From NCBI RefSeq assembly GCF_004010195.1, contig NC_057751.1, positions 11,398,578 to 11,462,577 on the forward strand: 64,000 bases of DNA, written 5' to 3'. Source of the DNA: Chiloscyllium plagiosum (lineage: Eukaryota). Shown piece by piece: positions 51,975 through 64,000 of this stretch. The translations under genes were made by a program, and so were the position numbers. Each line of letters starts with the position of its first letter. Position 1 is the stretch's first letter. The notes under the pieces were generated by a model. The model searched no databases. It worked only from the letters and a program-made list of their open reading frames with translations, and was not told the origin of the DNA.

Positions 51975-54900
51975 GGGAGCTAAATTAGAACGCAGAAGCA
52001 AAAGATAGTAATCTCTGGATTACTCGCTGAGCCACGAGCTAAATGGCACAGGGTCAAAAAGATTAAATAGGTCAATGCATGGCTCGAAGATTGGTGTGGG
52101 AGAAATGGGTTTGAATTCATGGGACACTGGCATCAACACTGGGGAAGAATGGACCTGTTCCGATGAGATGGTCTTCATTTGAACCATGCTGGGACCAGAG
52201 ACCCAGTGAATTGCATGTCTCGGGCTGTAGGCAGGGCTTTAAAATAAATAGTTGGGGGGAGCGCACAGGAGGAAGTGAGAATGCAGAACTCAGGAGAGGT
52301 TATTAAAGTCTCCAGCACAGGCACAAATAGGACAGAGTGTTTGAAAAGGGTTAGCAATCAAACTTCAAGCACACTGGACAAATGAATAACAATGAAAAGA
52401 GGGGCAGTCAATACTGGACTGAAGGTGTTGTATCTGAATGCATGCAGTGTGAGGAATAAGATAAATGAGCTTGTGGCACAAATGGGAGACATGACTGCAA
52501 GGGGACCAGGATTGGGAGCTGAATATTCAAGGATATACATCCTATCGAAAAGATAGGCAGGTGGGCAGAGGGGGTGGGGTTGCCTTATTAGTGAGAAGTA
52601 AAGTGAAATCAATAGTAAGAAACGAAGTAGGGTCAGATGGTGTAGAATCTGTGTGGGTAGAGTTGAGGAACAGCAAAGGTAAAACAAAACTCGAGTTGGA
52701 GTTGTGTACAGGCCTCTAAACAGTAGTCAGGAGCTGGGGCACAAGATACACCAGTAGACGGCAAAGAGGTGTGGGAAAGGCAAAGTTAACAGTGATCATG
52801 GGGGATTTCAATATGCAAGTGGACTGGGAAAATCAGATTGGTAGTGGATTGTCAATGAGATGGGTTTTTGGAGCAGCTTATGGTGGAGCCCACTAGGGAA
52901 CAGGCAATTCTGGGTTTAGTGTTTTGCAATGAGGCAGACTTGATAAGGGAGCTTAAGGTGAAGGAACCCTAAGGGGGCAGTGATCATAATATGATTGAAT
53001 TTATTGTGCAGTTTGAGAGGGAGAAAATAGAACCAGAGAAAATGGCATTACAGCTGAATAAAGGCAACCGCAGAGGCATGAGCTGGGTAGAATTGGCTGG
53101 AGAGAAGCCGAACAGGAAAGACAGTGGAACAGCAATGGCAGGAGTTTCTGGGAGTAATTCAGGAGACATGGCAAAAATGCATCCCGAGGAGTAAGAAGTA
53201 TGGTACAGGCAGGATGAGACAAGCACGGCTAACTGGGGAAGTCCAGGACAGCATAAAAGCAAAAGGGAAAGCAGATAATGTGATGAAGGGCAGTGGGAAA
53301 CCAGAAAACTGGGAAGCTTACAAAGACCAACACAGGGCAACAAAAAGAGAAATAAGGAGGGAGATGATTAAATATGAGGGTAAGCTAGCCAGTAATGTAA
53401 AGGAGAAAAAAAACTGCAGATGCTAGAATCCAAGGTAGACAAGCAGGAGGCTGGAAGAACACAACAAGCCAGGCAGCATCAGGAGATGGAGAATTCGACA
53501 TTTCGGGTCTAACCCTTCTTCAGGATTGGGGGTGGGTGTAGATGGAGCTGCAGATAAAGGGAGTGGTAGGGTGGTGAAGTGGGGATAGGTCAAGGGTATG
53601 ACCCTGTTGGTCAATAGGAGGAATGAAGCCTATTGGTGGCAGGGAGGAGAGGGAGGCCTGGCATGGGAAGCTGGGGAAGGGAAGGGAGGTTATTTGAAAT
53701 TGGAGAACCCAACATTGAGTCCTCCAGGCTGGAGGCTGCCCAGATGGAAGATGCTGTGTTGTTTCTCCAATCTGCGGTTTGGTTCGTTGTGGCAATGGAG
53801 GAGGCCAAAGGTGGTCATGTCAGAAAGGGAGTGGGAAGGGGAATGAAGATGGGTGGTGACTGGGAGGTCTGGTCGGCCCTGTGGCTAGGCTGAGATGCTC
53901 AGAGGGACTGTAAAAGTTTCTTTCATTATCAAAAGGGCAAAAGAGAGGCAAAAGTGGATGCTGGGCCGCTGGAAAATGATACTGGAGAGATTATAGGAAG
54001 GAAACAAGGAAACAACTGAGGAACAGAGTAATTACTTGCATCAGTCTTCATGGTAGAAGACACAAGTAACATCTCAAAACTTCAAGAGAGTGAGGGGGTA
54101 GAGCTGAGTATGGTGGCCATCACCAAGGAGAAGGTGCGAGAAAAACTGTACGGCCATAAAGTGGATAAATAACCTGCACCAGATGGACAACACCCTAGAG
54201 TTCTAATGGAGATAGCTGAAAGAGATAGCAGAGGCATTAGTGGTGATCTTTCAGGAATCACTAGAATCCAGAATGGTCCCAGAGGACTGGAAAATCACTA
54301 ACGTGACACCCCTGTTTAAAAAAAAGGAATAAGACAAAAGATGGAAAAGTACAGCCCAATTAACCTAACCTCGGTCGTGGGTAAGATCCTGGAATCCATT
54401 GTAAAGAATGAGATTTCTGAATACTTGGAAGTGCATTGTAAAATCGGGCAAAGTCAGCATGGTTTCATCAAGGGGAGGTCATGCCTGACAAATCTGCTAG
54501 AAATATTTGAGGAAGTAACAAGCAGGTTAGACCAAGGCGAGCCAATGGATGTTATCTACCTCAACTTCAAGAAGGCCTTCGACTAGGTGCCGCACAGGAG
54601 ACTACTGACTAAGCTAAGGGCCCATGGGTGTTACAGGCAAGGGGCTAGCATGGACAGATGCTTGGCTGTCTGGCAGAGAGCAGAGAGTGGGGATAAAAGG
54701 GTCCTTCTCAGGATGGCAGCCGGTGACAAGTGGTGTTCTGCAAGGCTCAGTGTTGGGACCACAACTTTTCATTTTATACATTATTGATCTGGTTGAAGGA
54801 GCTGAGGGCAATCTGGCTAAGTTAGCAGATGCCACAAAGACAGGTATAGGGACAGATAGCATTGAGCAGGCGGAGAGGCTGCAGAGGATTTGGACAGGTT

Positions 54901-55203
54901 AAGAGAGTGGGCAAAGAAGTGGCAGATGGAATACAATGTGGGAAAGTGTGAGGTCATTCACCTTGGTAGGAAGAAAAGAGGCATGGACTATTTTCTAAAT
55001 GGGGAGAAAATTCAGTACTCTGAAGTGCAAAGAGACGAGGGAGTTCTAATCTAGGATTCTCTCAAGAGAGCTTGCAGGTTGAGTCAGTAGTTAGGAAGGC
55101 AAATGCAATGATGGCATTGATTTTGAGAGGACTTGAATATAAAAGCAGGGATGTACCAAATGGTCAGGCCACATTTAGAGTATTGTGTGCAGTTTTGGGC
55201 CCA
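51975..55203 (+). mobile_element. Long degenerate CR1 (ORF1 end, APE, RT) interrupted by a Penelope fragment
   Basis: IMGDFNMQVDW; KYSPINLTSVVGKILES, QHGFIKGRSCLTNL, GVLQGSVLGPQLF, AKLADATK. Confidence 0.9.
53407..53905 (-). mobile_element. Penelope 3' end (GIY-YIG C-terminus plus pLTR) inserted in CR1
   Basis: Minus-strand EKQHSIFHLGSLQPGGLNVGFSNF; hammerhead-like CUGAAGA-a-GGGUuagACCC-GAAAUGUC at about 53494-53528. Confidence 0.75.
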
Positions 55204-55254
55204 ATTCAAAGAGATTGTACAAGCACAATATGTCAAACAGCATTTTTCCTTTAT

Positions 55255-55577
55255 AGAATATAGACAATGTGGAAACAGGCTCTTTGGCCCAACAAGTCCA
55301 CGCTGACCCTCTGAACAGTACTCTATCAAATCATTCCCCATTACTCTACATTTATCTCTAATGCACCTAACCTACACACCCTTGAACACCATGGGCAATT
55401 CAGCATGGCCAATTCATCTAACCTATACGTCTTTGGACTGTGGGAGGAAACCAGAGGACAACCATGCAGACACGGGGAGAATGTGCAAACTCCAAACAGA
55501 CAATGGCCCAAGACTGGAATCCAACCCAGGTCCCTGGCATTGTGAGGTAGCAGTGTGAATCACTGAGCCACCGTGCC
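55255..55577 (-). mobile_element. HE1-type SINE
   Basis: Reverse complement head ggcacggtggctcagtgattcacactgctacctcac. Confidence 0.85.
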
Positions 55578-55700
55578 ATCCTATTTCTTCTGTGGTCTCT
55601 GATAAATTGGCTGGTCTTTGGCTGCTCCGCTACACTTAGTCCCATTATGTGTTATGTTTTGCTTTGATCTTCAGTTGCAGTCAGGAGACATAGACACACC

Positions 55701-55724
55701 AGAGAGAGAGAAAGAGAGGGAAAG

Positions 55725-55756
<32 letters not shown>

Positions 55757-55896
55757 NNNNNNNNNNNNNNNNNNNNNNNNNNNNNNNNNNNNNNNNNNNN
55801 NNNNNNNNNNNNNNNNNNNNNNNNNNNNNNNNNGGGGTGAGAGATAGAGGGAGAGGGAGAGAGAGAGGGAGAGAGAGGGAGGGAGAGAGAGAGGGA
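55701..55896. repeat. (GA)n / purine-rich microsatellite spanning an assembly gap
   Basis: Read directly; Ns at 55757-55833. Confidence 0.95.
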
Positions 55897-56021
55897 AACT
55901 GGTGAATGAAACAATGAGACAATGACTCAAGCTGGCTCTGACCTTCTGAGGGACCAGCAGACTTGCCTGGCTTTGCCAATTCTAAAATCTTCATCGAGAC
56001 ACCAAGATATTTAGTGCATGT

Positions 56022-56418
56022 GGCTGTTTTCCCTGGAGTATCGGAGGCTGAGGGGTGACCTTATAGAGGTTTAGAAAATAATGTTTAGGATAAATGGTCT
56101 TTGTCCTGGGGTGGGGAAGTCCAGAACGAGAGGGCATAATTTTACGGTGAGAGGGAAAAGATTTAAAAGGGATCTAAGGGGTAACTTTTTCACACAGAGT
56201 GTGGTGCATGTATGGAATGAGCTGCCAGAGGAAGTAGTGGAGGCTGGTACAATTGCAACATTTAAAAGGTATCTTCTCGATGGGGACATGAACAGGAAGG
56301 GTTTCGAGTGATATGGGCCAAATGTTGGCAAATGGGACTAGAGTGTTTTAGGATTTATGGTCTACATGGACGAATTGGAACAAAGGGTCTGTTTCCATGC
56401 TGGACACCTCTATGATTC
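56022..56418 (+). mobile_element. CR1 3' fragment
   Basis: SRTRGHNFTVRGKRFKRDLRGNFFTQSVVHVWNELP. Confidence 0.85.
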
Positions 56419-57169
56419 CAGGTGGCTATTCAACTTGAGTGTGCATCACCTTGTTGATCTGATGATGAAAACACTTGCCCTCTGACAAGGTCTGTGAGCT
56501 TTGCTTCTCCTTCCTTGAGTGGAAGTTGTTGAAGCCGGAACTGAGGCGACCCCAGTTCTCTCCAAGATTCATGAAGCCAGCCGGCAAACACCAGGCCTAA
56601 CATTCTCGAGGAGCTGGATCTGTCTGATTTGGTGGGTCTCCGCGGTGATGAAGCTGGTTGCAGCCACAGGTCACATGCTGCTTCCCCTCTGGCCTGAGAA
56701 AGTACAGAATTCAGATGTTTCACTCCTCCCTGAGCTCAGGGATTGAGTAATAAAAGAAAACAGGATGAGAGGGCATAGATTTAAAATGCTGTGCAAGCAA
56801 TGCTAGGGTTCTGATGCAAGGGCATGCAGTTGGGGTCGGAGAACATTGCCTGGAAATGTGGTGGAGGCAGGTTCATCTGAGGCATTCAAGAGGCATTGGA
56901 TGGTGATTATGATCGAAATTGTGTGCAGGGAGAGGGGAAAGGAAGGAGACTGGCATGTGATCATAGATTTGGGAGTATACAAACTATTGTACATTCCTGA
57001 TTTCAATTGCTCTAGCTGTACTGCCAAGGCTCAAAGCTCTGGAATTCTCTCCCTAGACCTTACTTGTCCTAATATTTCCTTACATGGATTGGTGTCAAAC
57101 CTTGTTTGTTAATACTCATGTGAAGTGGCTTTGGATGGTTTATTCGGTTGAAGATAAAAAAAAAGGAAA

Positions 57170-57545
57170 GAGAAAGACTTTTGTTTCTGTAGTTATTCAT
57201 GGCCACTCAATGCCTCAAAATATTTTAGAGTCAAGGGGGCACTTTTTTCCAAAATAGTCCATGTATGAAACATAACGACCAACATTTTGCACAGGGAGAT
57301 CCCACCATTAACAATGGGGGGGGAAGAAATGACCCAGCGATCTGTGTTTTGAGTAAGTATTGCCCAGGGAGATTTCCCCTGCTCTTTGTGGTGGGGGATA
57401 ATGGATTTCTTGCATTCATTCAAGCAGTCAGACTGAAAGGCAGCCCCACCAATCGTGCAGCACACCCTTCACACTGCATGGGAGTGCCAGCCTGGACTTC
57501 TAATGTTCTCTTGTCCAGGAGTGGGGCTTGAACTGAGAGACGAGT
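57170..57545 (-). mobile_element. Deu/SacSINE-like ancient SINE remnant; relatives near 2640-2760, 32640-32945, 34750-35020, 37390-37630 and 43620-43960
   Basis: Shared degenerate motifs such as gaaaggcagccccaccaatcgtgcagcacacccttcacactgcatgggagtgccagcctggac; family name from memory. Confidence 0.45.
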
Positions 57546-57682
57546 GTGCCAGCCTGGCCTGACAAATCAATACTGCTCCTGTACTTTGAATAACGTGACC
57601 AGATCAAGCCAAAATGAACTGAAGCATCATATTGGGCTGACAGGTCATCGAGAGTTGGGGACCAAGTGTCCTGTGCCCAAGT

Positions 57683-58482
57683 TCTCAGATGACACTAAAA
57701 TGAGTGGGGGAAGACACTGAAATTCTGCAGAGGGATATGGATGGGTGAAGTGACTGGCCAAGGGTCTGGCCGATGGAGTATAATGTTGGTAAATATGAGG
57801 TCATCCATTTTGGTGGGAATAAATGGTGAAAAATTGCAGGACGTTGACAGCCTGGGTGTCCTTGTGCATGAATCATAAGAAGTCAGGGTTTGCAGGTGCA
57901 GTAGGTAATGAAAAAGGCAAATGCAATATTGTCCTTCATTGCTAGAGGGATGGAGTTTAAACATAGGGAGGCTATGCTGAAGCTGTCTCGGGTACTGATG
58001 AGGCCACACCTGGAGTACTGTGTACAGTTTGATCTCCTTACTTGAGAATGGGAGTATTGGCACTGGAGGAGGTGCAGAGAAGATTTGCTAAGTTGTTTCC
58101 AGCATTGAATGGATTGCCTTATGAGGAGAGACTGAGTATACTGGGACTATATATATTGGAATTTAGTAGAAGGAGCAATCTAATCGAAACATAAAATTGT
58201 GAAAGGAATAGATAAGATAGAAACAGGGAGGTTGTTTCCACTGGTGGGTGAAACTAGAACGAGTGGGCATAGCCTCAAAATATGGGGGAGCAGCTTTCAG
58301 ACTGAGCTGTGCAGGAATTTGTTCACCCAGAGGGCTGTGTACCTGTGGGATCCCCTGCCCAGTGAGCTTACCCTCTTTGAATGTTTTGTAAGGCAAACAC
58401 GGACACAGTTGGGAACAGTAAAGGTATTAAGGGTTATGGTGAGAGGGCGGGTAAGTGGACCCGAGGCCTCGGAAAGATCAGC
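57683..58482 (+). mobile_element. CR1 RT C-terminus to 3' end
   Basis: cagatgacactaaaa (DDTK), RPHLEYCVQF, TRTSGHSLKI. Confidence 0.85.
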
Positions 58483-58678
58483 CTGATGCTGTGACCCACT
58501 GTCCCCTATACCAGAAATTACATTTCTAATGCTGTGACCCACTGTCCCCTATACCAGGGATTACAGGCCTCATTCTGTGACCCACTGTCCCCATACCAGA
58601 AATTAAAGTTCTGATACTGTGACCCACTGTCCCCTATACCAGGGATTACAGGCCTGATGCTGTGACCCACTGTCCCCT
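58483..58678. repeat. 43-bp tandem repeat, about 4.5 units with alternating variants
   Basis: ctgatgctgtgacccactgtcccctatacc followed alternately by agaaattacattt-like and agggattacaggc ends. Confidence 0.9.
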
Positions 58679-58924
58679 ACACGGTGGATTATGTGACACT
58701 CTGTCCTATTTACCATAGATTACAGGTAGACGTTTTATCATCAATGCTCCCCGATCTTTTTAAGTCAGGTTTTCCAGTATTTCAGGCAATAAATCACATC
58801 AGTTCACTTCTTGAACACTTCGTTTGGCTGTTTTCTCCAAAATCACTTGATTTATTTTCTCTAAACGGTGGTTTGCTTACACATACAGCAATGTATTGAC
58901 CCCACTCATAGCTTTAATAGAGTT

Positions 58925-59156
58925 ACGGTGGCTCAGTAGTTAGCACTGCTGCTTCACAGCACCAGGGTCCCAGGTTTGATTCTGGCCTCGGGAGGCTGTC
59001 TGTGTGGAGTTTGGACATTCTCCCCGTGTCTGCGGGCACAGATCCATTTGGCTCTGTGATAAGGTGAGTGTGGGACATCAGTACCAGCACAGATCCATTT
59101 GGCTCTGTGATAAGGTGAGTGTGGGTCATCAGTACTAGCACAGATCCATTTGGCCA
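58925..59156 (+). mobile_element. HE1 SINE head (58925-59035) fused to about 2.3 copies of the 51-bp repeat
   Basis: ...ctccccgtgtctgcgg|gcacagatccatttggctctgtgataagg... Confidence 0.85.
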
Positions 59157-59801
59157 GGATGGGGTGGTGCAAGACTGAATGAAGAATGATTCAGCGACAG
59201 GTGTTTCCCCCAGTTTACCCTGGCACTGCTCCAGGATTTTGACTGACTTGGAGCAGCATTTATCCAGCCCAGCAGCAGCATTAAGTGGCTGCTGGAAGTG
59301 CATTGCAACACCTTTCCAAGATGGGATGGGGAGAATAGAGATCTGGTTTTCGACAAGCTGGTTTTGCTCCCTGGAATAAAGCTCCATTAGTTGCTGAGGT
59401 CCCAGCAACTGGGTGTGTTTTATTACAGGAGAAAATTATCTCATAGCAAAACAGGCGATACATGTGAATGGTTTGAATAAATAAACGAGCAACCCAGATC
59501 CTCGTTCACCTTTAAACAAACAGAGCTGACTGGACAGATCTTCCAAGATTAGGTTTGTCAGTGCTATTCAACAAGTTTTACTTGGCATTTGCAAACAATG
59601 AAGTAAAAGCCCAGAAATATCTATCATTTCATCATCGTTAGTTTATCCAAAATTGAAGTTTGTTTAAGTGGGCCATGGCACATTGATTTAGCATTGCTCT
59701 AGAAGCATTTATGTTTCGAAACAGTAGTTGAGGCAAACAGCACTATACTTTCAAGGGATGTCTCTATCGAGTGGAAGATTGAGAAAGGAAGAGGATACAT
59801 G

Positions 59802-61129
59802 CTGATGGGGTGAGTGTGGGACATCAGTAACAGCACAGATCCATTTGGCTATATGATAAGGTGAGTGTGGGTCATCAGGACCAGCACAGATCCATTTGGC
59901 CATCTGATGGGGTGAGTGTGGGACATCAGTACTAGCACAGATCCATTTGGCCATCTGATGGGGTGAGTGTGGGACATCAGGACCATCACAGATCCATTTG
60001 GCCATCTGACGGGGTGAGTGTGGGACATCAGGACCAGCACAGATCCATTTGGCCATCTGATGGGGTGAGTGTGGGACATCAGTACTAGCACAGATCCATT
60101 TGGCTCTGTGATAAGGTGAGTGTGGGTCATCAGTACTAGCACAGATCCATTTGGCCATCTGATGGGGTGAGTGTGGGACATCAGGACCAGCACAGATCCA
60201 TTTGGCCATCTGATGGGCTGAGTGTGGGACATCAGGACCAGCACAGATCCATTTGGCCATCTGATAAGGTGAGTGTGGGTCATCAGTACCAGCACAGATC
60301 CATTTGGCCATCTCATAAGGTGAGTGTGGGTCATCAGTAGTCGCACAGATCCATTTGGCCATCTGATGGGGTGAGTGTGGGACATCAGGACCAGCACAGA
60401 TCCATTTGGCCATCTGATGGGGTGTGTGTGGGACATCAGTAACAGTAGAGATCCATTTGGCCATCTGATGGGGTGAGTGTGGGAGATCAGGACCAGCACA
60501 GATCCATTTAGCCATCTGATGGGGTACGTGTGGGACATCAGGACCAGCACAGATCCATTTGGCCATCTGATGGGGTGTGTGTGGGAGATCAGTACCATCA
60601 CAGATCCATTTGGCCATCTGATGGGGTTTGTGTGGGACATCAGTAACAGTAGAGATCCATTTGGCCATCTGATGGGGTGAGTGTGGGTCATCAGTACCAT
60701 CACAGATCCATTTGGCCATCTGATGGGGTGAGTGTGGGTCATCAGGACCAGCACAGATCCATTTGGCCATCTGATGGGGTAAGTGTGGGACATCAGTTGC
60801 AGCACAGATCCTTTGGCCATCTGATGGGGTGTGTGTGGGACATCAGTAACAGTAGAGATCCATTTGGCCATCTGATGGGGTGAGTGTGGGAGATCAGGAC
60901 CAGCACAGATCCATTTGGCCATCTGATGGGGTAAGTGTGGGACATCAGAACCAGCACAGATCTATTTGGCCATCTGATGGGGTGTGTGTGGGACATCAGT
61001 AACAGCACAGGTCCATTTGGCCATCTGATGGGGTAAGTGTGGGACATCAGTAGCAGCACAGATCCATTTGGCCATCTGATGGGGTGTGTGTGGGACATCA
61101 GTAACAGTAGAGATCCATTTGGCCATCTG
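59802..61129. repeat. 51-bp minisatellite, about 26 units
   Basis: Unit ctgatggggtgagtgtgggacatcaggaccagcacagatccatttggccat. Confidence 0.97.
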
Positions 61130-62002
61130 GTCTGTCACTGTGCTGACGTTACATAGGCTATGGTTGTTATGAATGCCAGCATTGGAAGTAGCAATGAACG
61201 TGCAGTGGCAGTGCAATATCAGAGTGGCAGCAACAAATGCTCGTCATAAAGTTAGCACTTCCAACCTCATCTCACTGTGACTGTCTTTCAAAGCATGTGC
61301 CTTGTCCCCTTCCACTCCCTTCCCTGGACTGATCTATGTGAGGGGTCTGGAAGGAACGCAGGAAATGGCTGAGGCAGCACAGGGGATTGGTAGTTGATTT
61401 TGGAAACAAACTGGCCATGAATACGACGGTGGGCAAGCACAGACATTGACCATCACTGTGCCTGGCCACAGAGTCACAGCAGGCAGCACAGGAGCAAACC
61501 AATCCTGGAGTCTATCATGGTCAGCTGAGTTCACCAGCCAGAGGACACTTTGGTGTTCCAAACCTGAATGTATCCTCTGCTCAAGGGAGAAGGTTTTAAG
61601 GACACAATTGGCGTGGGGCTGCAACGTGTGGTTTATCATTAAAATTGTGAAACAAGTTGGCAAAGTTAGTAGAGTCTGTGTTGTTCCATCCAATGCAACA
61701 CATTGCGAATAGTAGCACTTCAACAGAGACCTTTGCTGACAACATTACCACTTTCTCAAAAGCTTGGAACCACATTCCTGCTCCACACATCTGTTCATGA
61801 AAGTGTATCATGCAAGAACAGGGATTCTGGGGACAAAGTGATTTCCAAACGATGGAAAGAGAAATCTTTCCACAGGAACTGTACTGTCCTGCTGGAATCC
61901 TGCTTGGATTCCGAACCTGATGTGATGTTTATATCAACAGCAATCTGCATTTGTGAAGCAGATCTTTTACAGAGAAATACACCCCAAGATCCATCATGAG
62001 AT

Positions 62003-63352
62003 TAGGAGAAAGTGAGGACTGCAGGTGCTGGAGAGGCAGAGTCAAAAAGAGAGACCATATCGAGAGCAACGGACACAGGAGATGAGGTGGGTGGATGGGC
62101 AGGAAAATCTCTGTCAGATGTGGAAGGATCCTTTGGGGCCTTGGATGAAGGTGAGGGGAGAGGTGTGGGTGTAGTATTTACACCTCTTGAGGTGGCAAGG
62201 AAAGGTGCTGTGAGTGGAGGGTGGGTTGGTGGGGTGGGGGTGTGGATCTAATGAGAGAGTCACAGAGGAAGTGGTCTCTGTGGAACGTGGATAGGGGTGG
62301 GGAGGGAAATATATCTCTGGTGGTGGGGTCTGATTGTCGGTGGTGGAAATGGCAGAGGATGATGCTCTGGAAGGTGAGGAACTGGGGGGGTTCTCTTCTT
62401 GTTGCAGTTGGAGGGGTAGGGTTCAAGGGCGGAGGTGCGGGAAGTGGAGGAGATGCACTATGGGCGTGGTTGATCAGGTGGGAGGGGAAATTGAAATACA
62501 AGGCCATCTGGGATGTCCTGGAGTGGAATTGCTCCTCCTGGGAGCAGATATGGCGGAGGCGGAATGGATAGCATTTTTACTGGAGGGGGGATGGGAGGTG
62601 GTATAGTCAAGATAGCTGTGGGAGTCAGTGGGTTTGAAATAGTTGTCCATGTTGAGTCAGTTGCCGGAGATAGAGATTGAGAGGTCCAGGAGGGAAGGAG
62701 GGTGTCCAAGGTGGTCCATGTGAAGCTGAAAGGTTGGGTTGGAAGGGGTTTGTGAAGTTGATGAACTGTTTAATCTCCTTGTAGGAGCACGAGGTGGTGC
62801 CGACACAGTCATTGATGTAGTAAAGGAAAAGGTGGGGAATGGTGCCGGTGTCACTGCGGAAGGTGAACTGTTCCATGTTCCTGACAAGGGGGCAGGCATA
62901 ACTGGGGCCCATGTGGGTGCCCATGGCTACCCATTTAGTTTGGAGGAAGTGGGAGGATTTGAAAGAGAAGTTGTTGAAAGTGAGGACCAGTTCTACCAAT
63001 TAAATGAGTGCATCAGTGGAAGGGTACTAGATAGGTCAGCGGGCGATGAAGAAACTGAGGGCTTGGAGGGCCATGGCGGATGGACATGTTCAGGGATTGG
63101 ATGTCCATGGTGAAGATGAGACATTGGGGGACAGGGTAGTGAAAGTCATGGAGGAGGTGGAGAGCCTGGGTGGATTCCTGAACGTATGTGTGGAGATCCT
63201 CGACCAAGGGGAACAGGACGTTTTCAAGACATGAGGAGATAATTTGGTGGGGCAGGAGTAGGCAGAGACAATAGGTTGACTGGAGCAGTCAGGTTGTGAA
63301 TTTTAGGTAAGAGGGAGAACTGGGTGGTGCGCGGTTCTGGGACTGTGAGGTT
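62003..63352 (-). mobile_element. Penelope-like element RT region, degenerate
   Basis: LIFTMDIQSL; LVLTFNNFSF...VAMGTHMGPSYAC; LFLYYINDC (YIDD motif); pLTR end at 62003. Confidence 0.88.
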
Positions 63353-63364
63353 AGAGGCTGTGAA

Positions 63365-64000
63365 CAGCCTTCAGTTCACCTGGACCATTTCTGACACCTC
63401 CCTCCCCATCCTGAACCTCTCCATCTCCAGCGACCGACTCAACACAGACATCTACTACAAACCCACCGACTACAAAAGCTACCTGGACTACACCTCCTCC
63501 CACCCTGCTTCCTGTAAAATTGCTATCCCAATTCCCAAATCCTTCACCTCCGCCGCATCTGCTCCTAGGAGGAGCAATTCTACTCCTGGACATCCCAAAT
63601 GGTCTCATATTTCAAAGACCGCAATTTCCCTTCCCATGTGGTCAACAATGCCCTCCAGCACATACAGTCATAGCGTTATAGAGATGTACAGCATGGAAAC
63701 AGACCCTTCGGTCCAACCTGTCCGTGCTGACCAGATATCCCAACTCAATCTAGTCCCACCTGCCAGCACCCTGCCCATATCCCTCCAAACCCTTCCTATT
63801 CATATACCCATCCAGATGCCTCTTAAATGTTGCAATTGTACCAGCCTCCACCACATCCTCTGGCAGCTCATTCCATACACGGACTCCACTTCCCACACCT
63901 CCACCCTGGAACTCCATGCCTCCAACTACAATAAGAATGCAATACTTCCCCCCACCCCTGGTCCTCATCTTCCACCCCACCAACCTCTGGATACAACACA
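63365..64000 (+). mobile_element. Second Penelope RT fragment, interrupted by a minus-strand CR1 3' end (63663-63880)
   Basis: LQFTWTISDTSLPILNLSISSDRLNTDIYYKPTDYKSYLDYTSSHP; CR1 piece WNELPEDVVEAG on the minus strand. Confidence 0.8.

Noticed and set aside
59751..60922. 339-aa and 357-aa ORFs as real genes; AKW resembles the TACC1 WAKWTW motif
   Set aside because: Pure tandem repeat on the opposite strand with a 2-bp deletion near 60810; the resemblance is three residues
59802..61129. CRISPR-like array
   Set aside because: No unique spacers, units are near-identical tandem copies, context is vertebrate, and no cas genes are present

Overview
Eukaryotic, repeat-dense, intron-like genomic DNA. 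The repeat set (HE1-type tRNA-head SINEs, many CR1/HER1-type LINE fragments, Penelope-like elements, Deu-type SINE remnants) points to a cartilaginous fish, probably a carpet or bamboo shark (inference from remembered repeat families). No complete gene is present and almost all ORFs in the track are repeat-derived or spurious. Three exon-like segments on the + strand all end in phase 2. One is 2096-2200, a clean AG/GT internal exon. One is 20795-20862, which encodes MGGSQSQHQHKGGVRPSKEKAS followed by GTAAGT, an N-myristoylation start resembling the alternative MGGS(H/Q)S first exons of TACC1/TACC2. A weaker candidate lies at 32394-32594. The window is therefore probably the 5' intronic region of a TACC-family gene, with tacc1 favoured. 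The main non-coding signals are minimal hammerhead ribozyme motifs from three Penelope pseudo-LTR families, palindromic pLTR insertions with 13-15 bp target-site duplications (TSDs), two apparent captures of extra DNA inside such insertions, a twin-priming-type inverted CR1, and 26-, 43- and 51-bp tandem arrays. There are two assembly gaps (35305-35404, 55757-55833). Repeat boundaries were read by eye and are approximate.
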